Part shown: positions 21,326 through 35,005 of the stretch, in pieces
Numbering within the stretch: the stretch's first letter is position 1
How the letters are laid out: each line of letters starts with the position of its first letter
Origin: Torpedo marmorata
Lineage: Eukaryota
Reading direction: 5' to 3'
Assembly: GCA_977017645.1 (NCBI GenBank)
Contig: OZ360224.1
Span: forward strand, 9,982,001-10,046,000
Length of the DNA: 64,000 nt
Program-made: the position numbers and the translations under genes
Notes under the pieces: generated by a model
What the model saw: the letters and a program-made list of their open reading frames with translations, nothing else
What the model was told of the DNA's origin: nothing
Database searches by the model: none

Positions 21326-24300
21326 CCCAGAGATCCTCAAATTCTTAAGCCAACAGCTCTCATATATGGGCTCCAAATTTTTAAGAAAAAATGATATTTA
21401 TTACGTAGATTATAAGTAATTTTTTCAAGTGGTATACATGAACGAAGTTCTGCATGCCATCTTTCTAATCCTAAATCTAAATCAGATTTCCAAGTAATAG
21501 CAATGCATTTCTTTGAAACAGCTAAAGCAACTCGCAAAAATTCTATTTGATACATATTTAATTTCATCTTAATACCAAATTTTCTAATTTCTCCAAACAG
21601 AAATAACATAGGATCCATTGGAAACGTAATTTTAAATACTTTATCTAAGAAACTTTTAACTTTCAACCAAAAATCATAAACTTTTGGACAAAACCATGTA
21701 CAATGTACAAAAGATCCTTCTTCCTTATTACATCTAAAACATAAACCTGATAATGTCGGATTAAATTTCTTTAATTTTTTAGGTGTTAAATATAATTGAT
21801 GAAAAAAATTGCATTGAACTAATCTATATCTAACATTAATAATCTTTGTCATACTTAATTTAGATAATTCTTTTCAATGATTTTCATCTATTCTTACATT
21901 CAGGTCTAATTCCCATTTTAATCTTGATTTATGCATTCCTACTTTAGGCAATTTCCTCTGAAACAATTTATACATTTGAGAAATAAATTTATTAACATCC
22001 CCTTTAGTAACTAATAATTCTAATTCATTTTGTCTTGGCAAAATCAAAGCATTACCTAATTTCTCAATCAAAAAAGCTCTAATTTGATAATAAGCAAAAA
22101 GTGTGTTATCTAATATATTAAATTTATCTTTCATTCTTTGAAAAGTAATAAATTTTCCCGCTTCAAAACAATCATTAATTTTCTTAATTCCTTTTTGAAA
22201 CCAAATTTTAAATAATTGATTATTAACAGTAAATGGAATAAGTCCATTTTGATATAAAGGCATCCTTGAAGAAATCAATCCTTTTGCTCCTATTTCCTTA
22301 TCTGTCTTATACCATATTTCTAACAAATGTTTAAAAATAGGCGAATTTTTCTTTTTTGTTGATATTAATTTAGAATCCCATTTGTAAATAATTTCTTCTT
22401 TGGAATCTTCTCCTATATTATTTAATTCTATTTTAATCCAAGCAGAAGATTTAGTTAAATCAAAAAATTCATTAACAATTTTTAATTGAGCTGCTTTATA
22501 ATAATTTTGGAAATTAGGAAGTTGTAAACCACCCATTTCATAATTCCAAGTTAATTTTTCCATACCTACTCTTGCTAGCTTTCCTTTCCATAAAAATTTT
22601 CTAATAATTAAATTTAAATCTTTAAAAAAAATTTGAGGAATTCCATAAGGAATTGATTGAAAAAGATATTGAATTCTTGGAAAAACATTCATTTTAATAC
22701 AGTTTACTCTTCCCATTAAAGTTATAGGTAAATCTTTCCAGTTTTCTAAATCTTTCTTTATTTTCACAAATAATGGTAAATAATTTAATTTATATAAATT
22801 AGTCAAATTTGTATCAACCTTTATTCCCAAATATTTAATTCCTTCCTTAGCCCACTTAAATTGTGTAATTTCCTTACATCTACTATAATCCCCTTGTGAT
22901 AATGCCATAATTTCACTTTTATCAGAATTAATCTTATATCCAAATATTTCCCCATATTCTCTCAATAACAAAGACAATTGTACTCAGGATGTAGTAGATT
23001 TCGTCATATATATCAATACGTCATCTGCAAACAAGCTAATTTTATGTTCTTCCATTCCAACCTTAATACCAACTATTTTAGGATCTTTTCTAACTAATTC
23101 TGCCAAGGGTTCTATCGCCAAAATAAATAACGCTGGTGACAAAGGACATCCTTGTCTAGTAGATCGAGTCAAAGGAAAAGTTCACAACTCTTTGAGTGAA
23201 AATGTTTCTCCTCATCTTAGTCCTAAATGGCTTACCTCTTATCCTCAGATTGTGACCCCTTGTTCGGACTTCCCCAACATCGGGGACATTCAACCTGCAT
23301 CTAACCTATCTTGTCCTGTCAGAAAGTTATATGTCTCAATGAGATCCCCTCTCATTCTTCTGAATTCCAGTGAGCTTAACCCTTATCTGTCCAGTCTTTC
23401 TTCATACTTTAGTCCTGTCATCCCAGGAATCAGTCTGGTGAATTGTCACTGCACTCCCTCAATAGCAAGAATGTCCTTCCTCAGATTAGGACACCAAAAC
23501 TGTACATAGAGCCTAGGCCTGAAACGTTTATGTCCTCTGGATGCTGTGTGACCTGTTGAGTTTCTCCAGCACATTTGTGTATTGCATAATACTCAAGGTA
23601 TGGTCTCACCAAGGCTCTGTACAACTCCAATAAGACCTCCTTGTTTCTATATTCAAAACATCTCACTACAAAGACCAACATGTGATTTGCTCTCTTCACT
23701 GCCTGATGCACCTGCATTTCAACCTTCAATGACTGATGCACCATGGCCCCCAGGTTTCCTTGCACCTTTCCTTTTCCTAATTTCTCAACATTCTGATAAT
23801 CTGTCTTCCTACTGTTGCAACCAAAGTGAATAACCTCACATTTATCTACATTATACTGCATCTGCCACACATTTGCCCATTCTTCCTATCTGTCCAAGTC
23901 ACCTCTAGCCTCTTAGAATCTTCCTCATAGTTTGCATTGACACCCAGCTTAGTGTCATATGCAAATTTAGAGATATTATGTTCATCTAAATCATCAATAT
24001 ATATTATAAATAGCTAAGGTCCTCGGTCCTCGCATAGAACCTTGTAGTTCCCCACCAGTAACTGCCTGCCAATCTGGAAAGGACCTTTTTTTGCTTCCAA
24101 CCAGCCAACCAGTTTTCTAGATTTGTCAAGCATGATTTCCCTTTTGTAAATCCATGCTGACTTAGATTAATCCTGTCACTCCTCTCCAAATGTGCAGCAA
24201 TGACATCTTTAATAATTGACTCCAGCATATACCCCACCACTGAAGTTAGGCTAACTTGACTCTAATTCCCTGATTTCTCTCTCCCTCCTTTCTTAAAAAG

Positions 24301-24823
24301 TAGTGTCACATTAGCAATCCTCCAATCTAAAAGAACTGATCCAGAGTGTAGAGAATGTTGGAAAATAATCACTAATGCACCCACTATCTCCAGGGAAACC
24401 TCCTTAAGCACTCTGGGATGCACACTATTAGGCCCGATTTATTGACTTTCAATGCTGACAATTTATCAAAAACTATTTCAAAATAGATAAAAAATTCCAT
24501 CAATTCCTCCTCTATGCTTGCCCCTAATATCCCCAGAATGTTATGTGCATCTTCCTTAGTGAACTAAAGAATCTATTCGATTGGTCTGCCATTTCCTTGT
24601 GCTCCATTATGGATTGCCCTGATTTTTATTTTGTTTTAACTAGTCTCGTTCTCTTTACATGCCTGTAGAAGCTTGTGCAATCAGTTTTTATGTTCTCTGC
24701 AAGTTTTCTGTCATACTGTATTTTCCCCCTTCTAATTAGACCCCATGTCTTCCTCTGCTGAATTCTAAATTTCTCCCAGACCTCAGGTTTTCTGCTTTTC
24801 CTGGCCAATTTATCTGCCCCTTC

Positions 24824-26497
24824 TTTTTTTTTTTTTTTTTTTAAATATTTTATTTTAAGATTTTCCATACTAGGCCACATAATGGAATAAAATACCTAGG
24901 GGTTCGGACAGATAATAAATTAAAGAATTTATACAAGTGGAATTATGTACCATTGCTTAATAAGATTAAGGAGGATCTAGAGAAATGGATTAATCTGCCA
25001 ATCACATTGATAGGAAGAGTTAATTGTATTAAGATGAATATATTTCCAAGGATACAGTACTTGTATCAGACTATACCTATTTCACTACCACAGGTATTTT
25101 TTCAAGACTTAAATAAACAGGTGCGAAAGTTTTTATGGAAAGGAAAAATGTCAAGAGTTTCGATGGAACGTTTAACATGGAAATATGAACTGGGAGGTCT
25201 ACAACTCCCTAATTTTAAGAACTACTATAGAGCGGCACAGATGCGTTTTATTGCTTCTTTTTTTGAATCTGAAGAAAGACCTGCGTGGGTTGGAATAGAG
25301 CTTGGAGAAATAGGAGAGAAGAAGTCACAAGAATTTATATATAAATGGAACTCAAAACTGTTGACAGGTGTTAAAGAAACACCGCTATTAAAACATTTGA
25401 TTAATGCTTGGAATAAGGTTAATGACGATATAGGATTAAAAGGAAATGTATCACCTAAAATGCCATTGATACAGAACAATCTGATACCATTTACAAAAGA
25501 TAACCCTTTTTTAAATACATGGTCATTAAAAGGAATAAAGAAAATAGAAGATTGCTACGAAGGAAATCAAATGATGTCATTCACACAATTACAGAATAAA
25601 TACGGAATACCTAGAAATACATTTTTTTGCTATCTTCAACTAACGTCTTACTTAAGAGGAAAATTAGGTCCAGACATGTTGTTACAAGAATGCAGTGAGG
25701 TAGAAACTATTATTAGGAAAGGAAACATTAAGAAATTTACCTCCATAGTATATTCTTTGCTACAGAAGGGAGCTCAAAAACGAGGACTTCATAAGTCCAG
25801 ACAAAGATGGGAACAAGATCTTAATATTATAATTGATGAAAAAAGATGGTCAGATCTATGCCTAGATAGTATGACTAATACTGTTAATGTAAGATATAGA
25901 CTGGTACAATATAACTTCTTACACCAAATATATTTCACACCACAAAAACTGAACAAGATGAACTCTGCAATACCAAATAGATGTTTTAGATGTGGAGAAG
26001 AAGAAGGAACATTCTTACACTCAACGTGGTCATGTTCAAAAGTTAAAGATTTTTGGGCAGAGTTAGGAAACCGGTTGAAACTAATTACAGGTGTTGCATT
26101 TCCTCAAAACCCTGACTTGTTCTTATTGGGGAATATAGAGGGAACTAGACCAAAATTGAAATTATCCACATGGCAATTAAAATTCGTGAAAATTGCACTA
26201 GCAGTAGCTAGGAAATGTATAGCAGTGACCTGGAAATCGGACACAAATTTGAGTATGAGTAGATGGAATTCAGAGATGCAGAGTTGCATCCCATTGGAAA
26301 AAATAACATGCAATATGAGGAATAAGTATGGACTCTTTTTACAAATTTGGCGTCCATTTATCCAATTATCAGGAATGAATATTTAAATATATTGCCCTGC
26401 ATCCCAGGCCCCGCTGACTCTCCTAAGTTTAAATTTGAAGAATGAACATTGCTGAATCTCTTACATCGAGCCATGGATGTGTACAGATATATTTTCA
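24824..26497 (-). mobile_element. L1 insertion with 5' inversion (twin-priming-type structure)
   Basis: Poly(T) plus about 40 nt of L1 3' end on the minus strand (24824-24880), then ORF2 C-terminus on the plus strand (24953-26386). 15-bp TSD ATCTGCCCCTTCTTT at 24812-24826 and 26498-26512. Confidence 0.88.
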
Positions 26498-26894
26498 ATC
26501 TGCCCCTTCTTTGGTTTTAATACTCTCCCCGATTTCCCTCGTTGGCCACGGTTGAGCTACCTTTCCCACTTTATTTTTACAGAGGTTTTATGCCTCCTTC
26601 CTTTGTCTTGACCAGAGCTTCAATATCTCAGGACATCCAGGATTCCCTAATCCTGCCAGTCTTGCCCTTCACTCAGGAGCTTGCTGTCCTTGAACTGTCC
26701 CAACTGCTTTATTAAAAAGCTTCCTACTGGTAGCACGTGATGGCACACAATAGAACTGGAGAGGATATGTGATAGTACAAGACATGACTTCTTTTCTAAA
26801 ATTTATTTTAGAGTAGGAATGAGCAGGGCATAATCCAAGGGGAGACCTCACTCTATTAATGTTCACAGCACAATGACCTGACTTCGAGTTTTGC

Positions 26895-27143
26895 AGTAAA
26901 AAACACAAAAGCTGGAGAACTCAGCAGATCAAACAGTGTCTTTTATGTAGCAAAGGTAGGAATACATAACCGACGTTTCGGGCTTGAGCCCTTCATCAAA
27001 GTACTTTGATGAAGGGCTCAAGCCCGAAACGTCGGTTATGTATTTCTACCTTTGCTACATAAAAGACACTGTTTGACCTGCTGAGTTTCTCCAGCTTTTG
27101 TGTTTTTTACTTCTAACCACGGTGTCTACAGATTTTCGTGTTT
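26895..27143. mobile_element. Palindromic Penelope pLTR mini-element with two inverted hammerhead-like motifs
   Basis: Arms of about 107 bp with no spacer, centred on 27002/27003 (CAAAGT|ACTTTG). TSD ACTTCG(A/T)GTTTTGC at 26881-26894 and 27144-27157. Confidence 0.88.
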
Positions 27144-27797
27144 ACTTCGTGTTTTGCTTCTTCTTGATATGTGAACATATTCATGACTGCAGTAATATTA
27201 CAAAGAGGAACTGTTAGAAATACTTATTGTTTTGTATGGAAGCTGGCTGCTGAATATGGCGTGGAGAGTGTGATAAATTTACTTTTTACATTAACTGTAA
27301 AAGAATAGGATGAAAGTTAGGTTGTGAACTTTACTCTGGTCTAACAGCACTTGATAACATAATTATGTCCTGCGTCTGCATTGATATATTTACCACTGCT
27401 TTCCCTTTCAAAAGCAAGTGTGTGAATGTATCTGCATTTTCTCCAGACCTTGCATGTTGACTGGCTCTGATTGACTGCACCGCTCTCTCATTTTGCATTA
27501 GCTACTTGAAGTTTTGCTTCCTGGCTCAGCTCATTGCTTTTCTTCAGCTCTTCAACAGTTGTTCATTCCATAACTAAGTCAGAAATGGATACATCACATA
27601 TATCCTTTCAGGATCTAAATATGACTTTTGTAGATATCATCTGATTGCTCAGGATAGTTCTGACCATATTTTCAAATCTTATCAAATAGCAGGGAAGAAA
27701 ACAGAAAATGCTAGAAACACAGCAAGTCAGGCGGTATCAAAGTAAAGAGAAACAGAGTTGACTTTTCAGGTCAAAGTTCCTTCATTGAAGACCTTTC

Positions 27798-30700
27798 ATA
27801 GACAATGGACAATAGGTGCAGGAGTAGGCCATTCGGCCCTTCGAGCCAGCACCACCATTCCCTGTGATCATGGCTGATCATCCACTATCAGTACCCCGTT
27901 CCTGCCTTCTCCCCATATCCCTTGACTCCGCTATCTTTAAGAGCTCTGTCTAACTCTTTCTTGAAAGCATCCAGAGAATTGGCCTCTACTGCTTTCTGAG
28001 GCAGAGCATTCCACAGATCCACAACTCTCTGGGTGAAAAAGTTTTTTCTCAACTCCGTTCTAAATGGCCTACCCCTTATTCTTAAACTGTGGCCTCTGGT
28101 TCTCAACTCTCCCAACATCGGGAACATGTTTCCTGCCTCTAGTGTGTCCAATTCCTTAATAATCTTATATGTTTCAATCAGATTCCCTCTCATTCTTCTA
28201 AATTCCAGTGTATACAAGCCCAATCACTCCAATCTTTCCACATATGACAGTCCCGCCAACCCGGGAATCAACCTCGTGAACCTACGCTGCACTCCCTCAA
28301 TAGCAAGAATATCTTTCCTCAAACCTGGAGACCAAAACTGCACACAATACTCTAGTTGTGGTCTCACCAGGGCCCTGTACAACTGCCCTTGTTATGAAGG
28401 CCAACATGCCATTAGCTTTCTTCACTGCCTGCTGTACCTGCATGCTTACTTTCAGTGACTGATGAACAAGGACACATAGATCTCATTGTACTTCCCTTTT
28501 TCCTAACTTGACACCATTCAGATAGTAATCCACCTCCCTGTTCTTGCCACCAAAGTGGATAACCTCACATTTATCCACATTAAACTGCATCTGCCATGCA
28601 TCTGCCCACTCACCCAACCTGTCCAAGTCCCCCTGTATTCTCATAACATCCTCCTCATATTTCACACTGCCACCCAGCTGCGTGTCATCTGCAAATTTGC
28701 TAATGTTACTTTTAATCCCTTCATCTAAATCATTAATATATATTGTAAACAGCTGCAGTTCCAGCACCGAGCCTTGCGGTACCCCACTAGACCCTACCTG
28801 CCACTCTGAAAGGGATCCCTACTCTTTGTTTCCTGTCTGCCAACTAATTTTTTATCCATGTCAGTACCCTACCCCCAATACCATGTGCTCTCATTTTGCT
28901 CACTAATCTCCTATGTGGGACCTTATCAAAGGCTTTTTGAAAGTCCAGGTACACTACATCCACTGGCTCTCCCTTGTCCATTTTCATCGTTACATCCTCA
29001 AAAAATTCCAGAAGATTAGTCAAGCATGATTTCCCCTTCGTAAATCCATGCTGACTTGGACCGATCCTGTTACTGCTATCCAAATGTGCCGCTATTTCAT
29101 CTTTTATAATTGCCTCCAGCATCTTCCCCACCACTGATGTCAGGCTAACTGGTCTATAATTCCCTGTTTTCTCTCTCCCTCCTTTCTTAAAAAGTGGGAT
29201 AACATTAGCTACCCTCCAATCCGCAGGAACTGATCCTGAATCTATAAAACATTGGAAAATGATTACCAATGCATCCACGGTTTCTCGAGCCACCTCCTTA
29301 AGTACCCTGGGATGCAGACCATCAGGCCCTGGGGATTTATCAGCCTTCAGTCCCAACACCATTTTCTGCCTAATGTGAATTTCCTTCAGTTCCTCCATTA
29401 CCCTAGGTCCTCTGTCCACTATTACATCTGGGAGGTTGTTTGTGTCTTCCCTAGTGAAGACAGATCCAAAGTACCTGTTCAACTCTTCTGCCATTTCCTT
29501 GTTCCCCATAATAATTTCAACCGTTTCTGTCTTCAAAGACCCAACTTTGATCTTAATTAATTTTTTCCTCTTCACATACCTAAAGAAGCTTTTACTATCC
29601 TCCTTAATATTCTTGGCTAGCCTACCTTCGTACCTCATCTTTTCTCCCCGTATTGCCTTTTTACTTATCTTCTGTTGCTCTTTAAAAGTTCCCCAATCCT
29701 CTGGCTTCCCGCTCTTCCTTGCTGTGTTATACTTCTTCTCTTTTATTTTTATACTGTCCTTGACTTCCCTTGTCAGCCACGGTAGCCGCATACTCCCCTT
29801 GGAATCTTTCTTCCTCTTTGGAATGAACTAATCCTGCACCTTCTGTATTATTCCTAGGAATACCTGCCATTGTTGTTCCACTGTCATCCCTGCTAGGGTA
29901 TCCTTCCAGTCAACTTTGGCCAGCTTCTCCCTCATGGCTCCATAGTCCCCTTTGTTCAACTGTAATATTGACACTTCCGATTTTCCCTTCTCCCTCTCAA
30001 ATTGTAGATTAAAACTTATCATATTATGATCACTACTTCCTAATGGCTCCCTTACCTCGAGTTCCTTTATCAAATCCGGTTCATTACACAACACTAAATC
30101 CACAATTGCCTTCTCCCTGGTAGGCTTTAGTGCAAGCTGCTCTAAGAATCCATCTCTGAGGCACTCCACAAACTCCCTTTCTTGGGGTCCAGTACCAACC
30201 TGATTTTCCCAGTCTACCTGCAGGTTGAAGTCTCCCATAACAACCGTAGCATTACCTTTGCGACATGCCAATTTTAACTCTTGATTCAACTTACACCCTA
30301 TGTCCAGGCTACTGTTTGGGGGCCTGCAGATAACTCCTATTAGGGTCTTTTCACCCTAACAATTTCTCAGTTCTATCCATACTGACTCTACATCTCCTGA
30401 CTCTATGTCACCCCTTGCAAGTGACTGAATTTCATTCTTCACCAACAGACCACCCCTCCCCCTCTGCCCACCTGTCTGTCCTTTCGATAGGACGTATACC
30501 CTTGAATATTCATTTCCCAGCCCTGGTCCTCTTGCAGCCACGTCTCTGTTATTCCTAAAACATCATACTTTCCAATTACCAACTGAGCCTCAAGGTCATC
30601 CACTTTATTTCTTATACTTCGTGCATTCATATATAATACTTTTAATCCATGACTCCCCTCCCCTTTCACATCGATTCCTATCGCACTTGGCCATACTCTC

Positions 30701-31675
30701 CGATCCCTTCCTGAGCTTTCTGCCGTTAATTCTGTTGTCTTTCTTAACTTTTCTTATTCTCTCTTTAATTCCATCCTTATATTTCCAGTTCATCTCCTCC
30801 CCCCCCCCCCTACTTAGTTTAAACACACCCGTGTAGCAGTGGCAAACCTGCCTGCCAGAATGCTGGTCCCCCACCTGTTAAGGTGCAACCCGTCCCTCCT
30901 GTACAATTCATCCTTACCCCAAAACAGCTCCCAGTGGTCTAGGAATCCAAATCCCTGCTTCACGCACCAGCTCCTCAGCCACACATTCAGATCCCATATC
31001 TCCCTGTTCCTGCCCTCACCAGCACGAGGAACTGGAAGCAAACCGGAGATCACCACCCTGGAGGTCCTGCTTTTCAGATTTCTTCCGAGTTCTCTGAAGT
31101 CACGCTGCAGAATTTCTTTCCTCTTTTTCCCGACGTCATTTGTGCCGACATGTACTACCACTTCCGGCTGTTCACCTTCACCCTTGAGGATGCCCTGCAA
31201 CCGGTCCGTGACGTCCTGGATCCTGGCACCAGGTAGGCAACGCACCATCCTTAAATCCCGCCTGTTGCCGCAGAAACCCCTATCTGTACCTCTCACTATA
31301 GAGTCCCCTACTACCACCGCTCTGCCTGACTTCTGTCTCCTTGGCTTAACTTCAGAGCCAATTTTTGACTCGCAGACCTGTCCGCCTCTCAGACTGGCAG
31401 TGTCTTCTGTCCCGACAGCTTCCAAGTGGGTGAACCTGTTTTCAAGAGGTACATCCCCTGGGGTCTCCTGCACTCCAAGCATCCATCCCTTCCTCATCGA
31501 CAAGGTCCTGTCCAGAAAAATCTTGTTTTCTCGGATGAACCTGAGGTCATCCAGTTGCCTCTCCAGTTCCTCAACACATTCCTTCAGTAGCTGAACCTGG
31601 TCACACTTTCCACATTTTTAGCCGCCAGAGGCACCATCAGACCCTGACATCCCACATCATGCAAGCAACACACTG
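27798..31675 (-). mobile_element. Near full-length CR1 LINE, frameshifted
   Basis: ORF1 SGNH esterase (VVGDSIVRG, HVGTND, DGLHL; 30814-31503). APE endonuclease (YMNARSIRNK, GITETW, GDFN, SDHN). RT (NYRPVSLTS, YLDFQKAFDKVPH, KFADD). Tail appears as (AGACAAT)n on the plus strand. Confidence 0.92.
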
Positions 31676-31835
31676 TCAAAGAAATACTTGACATGTTTTC
31701 TTCTTGTTTCTTGTCTGACAGCATGTGTGGACAAATTGAAGTTTTAAGATGAAACTTTGGTCAGAATTGGAAAGGAAAGGACATTTTCAACCTCTCATTG
31801 CTGCAGTCAGAGGTTCCTACTGCTTCAAAAGGGCA

Positions 31836-32568
31836 TCAATCATCTTGCACTCAACGTTAGCAAAACCAAGGAGATGATGGTGGACTTCGGGAGGAAGTCA
31901 GGAGAACATGATCCAGTCCTCATCGATGGCTCAGTAGTGGAGAGGGTCAATAACTTCAAATTCCTGGGTATCAACATCTCTGGGGATCTGTCCTGGAGCC
32001 TCCATGTTGATGCAACCACAAAGAAGGCTCGCCAGCGGCTATACTTTGTGAGGTGTTTGAGGAGATTCAGTATATCAGCGAAGACTCAAAGCTTCTATAG
32101 GTGTACCGTGGAGAGCATTCTGGCTGGTTGCATCACTGCCTGGTATGGAGGTGCCAACACTCAGGACAAGAATATACTCCAGAGGGTTGTTAACTCGGCC
32201 TGTGACATCATTGGCACCAGACTTCACTTCATCGAGGACATCTACAAGAGGTGGTGTCTTAAGAAAGCAGCCTCTATCCTCAAGGACCTCCACCACCCAG
32301 GCCATGCCCTCTTCACTCTGCTTCCATCGGGGAAAAGGTACAGGAGCCTAAAGACGAGCACTCAACGGCACAAGGACAGCTTCTTCCCCGCTGCCATCAG
32401 ATTCCTGAATAATCAATGAACCAAAGACACTGCCTTACTTTGACTTTTTGTGCATTATTTTTATTTATTTTTTGTAAGGTGGTTTATATGAATATTTGCA
32501 CTGTGATGCTGTCGCAAAACAACACATTTTTGATTTGTTCATGACAATAAATAATGATTCTGATTCTG
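31836..32568 (+). mobile_element. Rex1/Babar LINE, 5'-truncated; same family as 9347-10042
   Basis: NHLALNVSKTKEMMVDF...LLPSGKRYRS, followed by an (ATTCTG)n tail. Confidence 0.9.
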
Positions 32569-32966
32569 AATAGTGATACATTGCTTTTACTGAGAGCTGA
32601 AACGGACTCTTTCTGTGCTGTTGCCATTCTGTTTTGGTTCATCAGATTCGACCCATCCACACCCAAGGTCATAAGCATTATCGCTCTGCTTTCTGTCAAA
32701 AAGGACCAGCATAAAAACATGTGAAGACAAAGAAAATGAATATTGTGAAATTCTCAATCCTAGGTAAGAAGAAGCAAGAGATAGAGACAGTTGAAAATAA
32801 ATCTTCTGCTGTTTTTAGCACTATTTATGATGCTTCTTCAATGCTTATAGAATCTGACCTTCCAGTTGCTGTTTATCAATGGAGATTATCACCTTCAACA
32901 TGACCATATGTGTCGGTCCTTTGATCCCATGGACCGTAGCTGTAACTTTGATGAAGTACATGTGTA

Positions 32967-33334
32967 NNNNNNNNNNNNNNNNNNNNNNNNNNNNNNNNNN
33001 NNNNNNNNNNNNNNNNNNNNNNNNNNNNNNNNNNNNNNNNNNNNNNNNNNNNNNNNNNNNNNNNNNNNNNNNNNNNNNNNNNNNNNNNNNNNNNNNNNNN
33101 NNNNNNNNNNNNNNNNNNNNNNNNNNNNNNNNNNNNNNNNNNNNNNNNNNNNNCTACCTCTTTCCTTACATCTCCCTACCTCTNNNNNNNNNNNNNNNNN
33201 NNNNNNNNNNNNNNNNNNNNNNNNNNNNNNNNNNNNNNNNNNNNNNNNNNNNNNNNNNNNNNNNNNNNNNNNNNNNNNNNNNNNNNNNNNNNNNNNNNNN
33301 NNNNNNNNNNNNNNNNNNNNNNNNNNNNNNNNNN
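32967..33334. other. Assembly gaps (N at 32967-33153 and 33184-33334) around a 30-bp island
   Basis: Runs of N. Confidence 0.99.
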
Positions 33335-33622
33335 CTCCAAAAAACATGTCACATTATGCCTTGCTGTACAATATTTAAATCATAATTTTGGGAGTAATAT
33401 ATTACATTAATTAAAAATTATGTAATGAACAAAAACTACATGGAAATATGTGTATCTTTTGGGATGGGCAGGCTAGAGGAGTACTACAAGACTTAACTAC
33501 TTATCATCTTTATTAAGGACGGATTTGAAGGACTGTATGCAGATTTGCTGATGACATTTCACTAGTTGGGAAAGTAAATTGTAAGGAGGACTCAGAGAGA
33601 CTATTGATAGATTTAGCCAGGT

Positions 33623-34031
33623 TGTAAGGGTTAAAATGCAAGTTGCAAACAAATTCTGCAAGCAGCCAGTAGATGTTGACATATTTCATGCTGTCTCCTA
33701 GTAACATCTTTCTTCAAGGTTATAGCTAGTTTTCTCTGCGTGTTTGAGTTAAAAGTTTCAGGTTGATTTTCTTTGTTCTACGAAATGGAAGGAATTAGTT
33801 TTGTTCCGACAACTTTTATTAACCGTTTAATCATTTAATCATCGTTTATTCATAGTTTTAGTACTGTATAACAACGTTTTTAATGGCTTGTAATAATGTA
33901 GTAGCTGATATAATATTTAATAGACCGTGGAAAACTCAACTCAACTTTAGTACGGATTTGTTTGAACGAGTCATAGACAACAACAACATTCTAATTCCTG
34001 CAAGCGACTATAAAGGAAAATAGTCGTAACA
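33623..34031. mobile_element. Solo LTR (possibly BEL/Pao) inside an old CR1 fragment
   Basis: TGTAA...GTAACA termini. 5-bp TSD CAGGT at 33618-33622 and 34032-34036. CR1-like sequence continues on both sides. Confidence 0.7.
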
Positions 34032-35005
34032 CAGGTTGACCGAGTTCTCAAGTATGTGGCAGTTGGAATATAACAAGAAGTTACCCAATTTTATTTTTGA
34101 ATTGAAGGACTGGGAATAGTTGATTTCAAGGTGTTCTATCACGCAAATTACAGAATGTTAATATCATAATTCAGCAAGCAATAGGGAAAGAAAACAATAT
34201 AATAGTTTTTGTTACACAATATGAAGTATGTTATTGCAATTATAGTAAAAGGCATTGGTAAGGCCATATCTGGATAATTGAGTACAGTTTTGAACTCCGT
34301 AACTAAGATATAATAATATTTAAGGATAGTTTACAAGATTTATTTCTGGGTTAAGGGGACTTCCCTAAAAGGAGAGACTGAAAATCAGACTCTTCTGTCA
34401 TGGTTTCAGGTTTCTCATGAATATTGAGCCAATGGAAACATCAGATTTGGCACGGTACCAGAAAGACCCTACTTGAGTATCGGACACCTTCCACTCCCAG
34501 TTTCCAAGTTCTCTGTATCTCTGGCCTGGATATTTATTTGTAAGTGTGAACTTTGTGATTTTATACCAATGGTGAAAGGCTCCACAGTACTTTGGAAAGT
34601 CATAATGGATTAGTAGCCCTTCCTGACACCACAGAAGTAGAAAAGGTTGTTTTAATACCTTTTTTATGGTATAATTTGCATGTGTTGTTGATAAAATCAG
34701 ATTTTGTTCCTGTCCCTAATTTCCCTTGAGAAGGTGGTGGTGAAGCACATTGAACTGCTGTAGTCCATATGGTGAAAGTACCCCCACCCCCACCGCCCCA
34801 GTGTTTTTGAGTATGTCATTCGCAAACGTTGACCATAATGGTTGTTGAAAGGAAAGTTGGAGATGAGCTTTAGTCTGTGGGGATGGAACGACTGAGAGTA
34901 GATCTTTTGCACGATGAATACATGCTGCTGATCAGTGTATTTCTGGTTGTTGCTAAATATGAAACAGCTCAGAGCAACCACCATTAATTCATCGAGTTCC
35001 AAGAA

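Larger units (their letters stand above)
14934..23177 (-). mobile_element. L1-clade LINE, 5'-truncated within RT, carrying the BEL insertion
   Basis: TRQGCPLSPALF, SLFADD, and C-terminal CFRC...HCTWFC. Poly(A) end at about 14934-14940. 16-bp TSD AAGTTCACAACTCTTT at 14921-14936 and 23178-23193. Confidence 0.92.
14815..26580 (-). mobile_element. Old CR1 ORF2, split by two L1 insertions and a Penelope pLTR fragment (about 23508-23585)
   Basis: CR1 motifs WQMQYNVDKCEVIHFG, YRALVRPYLEY and QHGFTKGKSCLTNL. Segments 14815-14936, 23178-24826 and 26498-26580 join across the TSDs. Confidence 0.8.

Noticed and set aside
30814-31503. SGNH esterase as a host or novel gene
   Set aside because: It is the known esterase domain of CR1 ORF1, in its expected position upstream of ORF2.
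32866-33385. ORFs spanning runs of X
   Set aside because: Artefacts of assembly gaps.
34396-34628. TGTCA...TGACA-bounded possible solo LTR
   Set aside because: No TSD (CTTC versus CCAC), and 5-bp termini can occur by chance.
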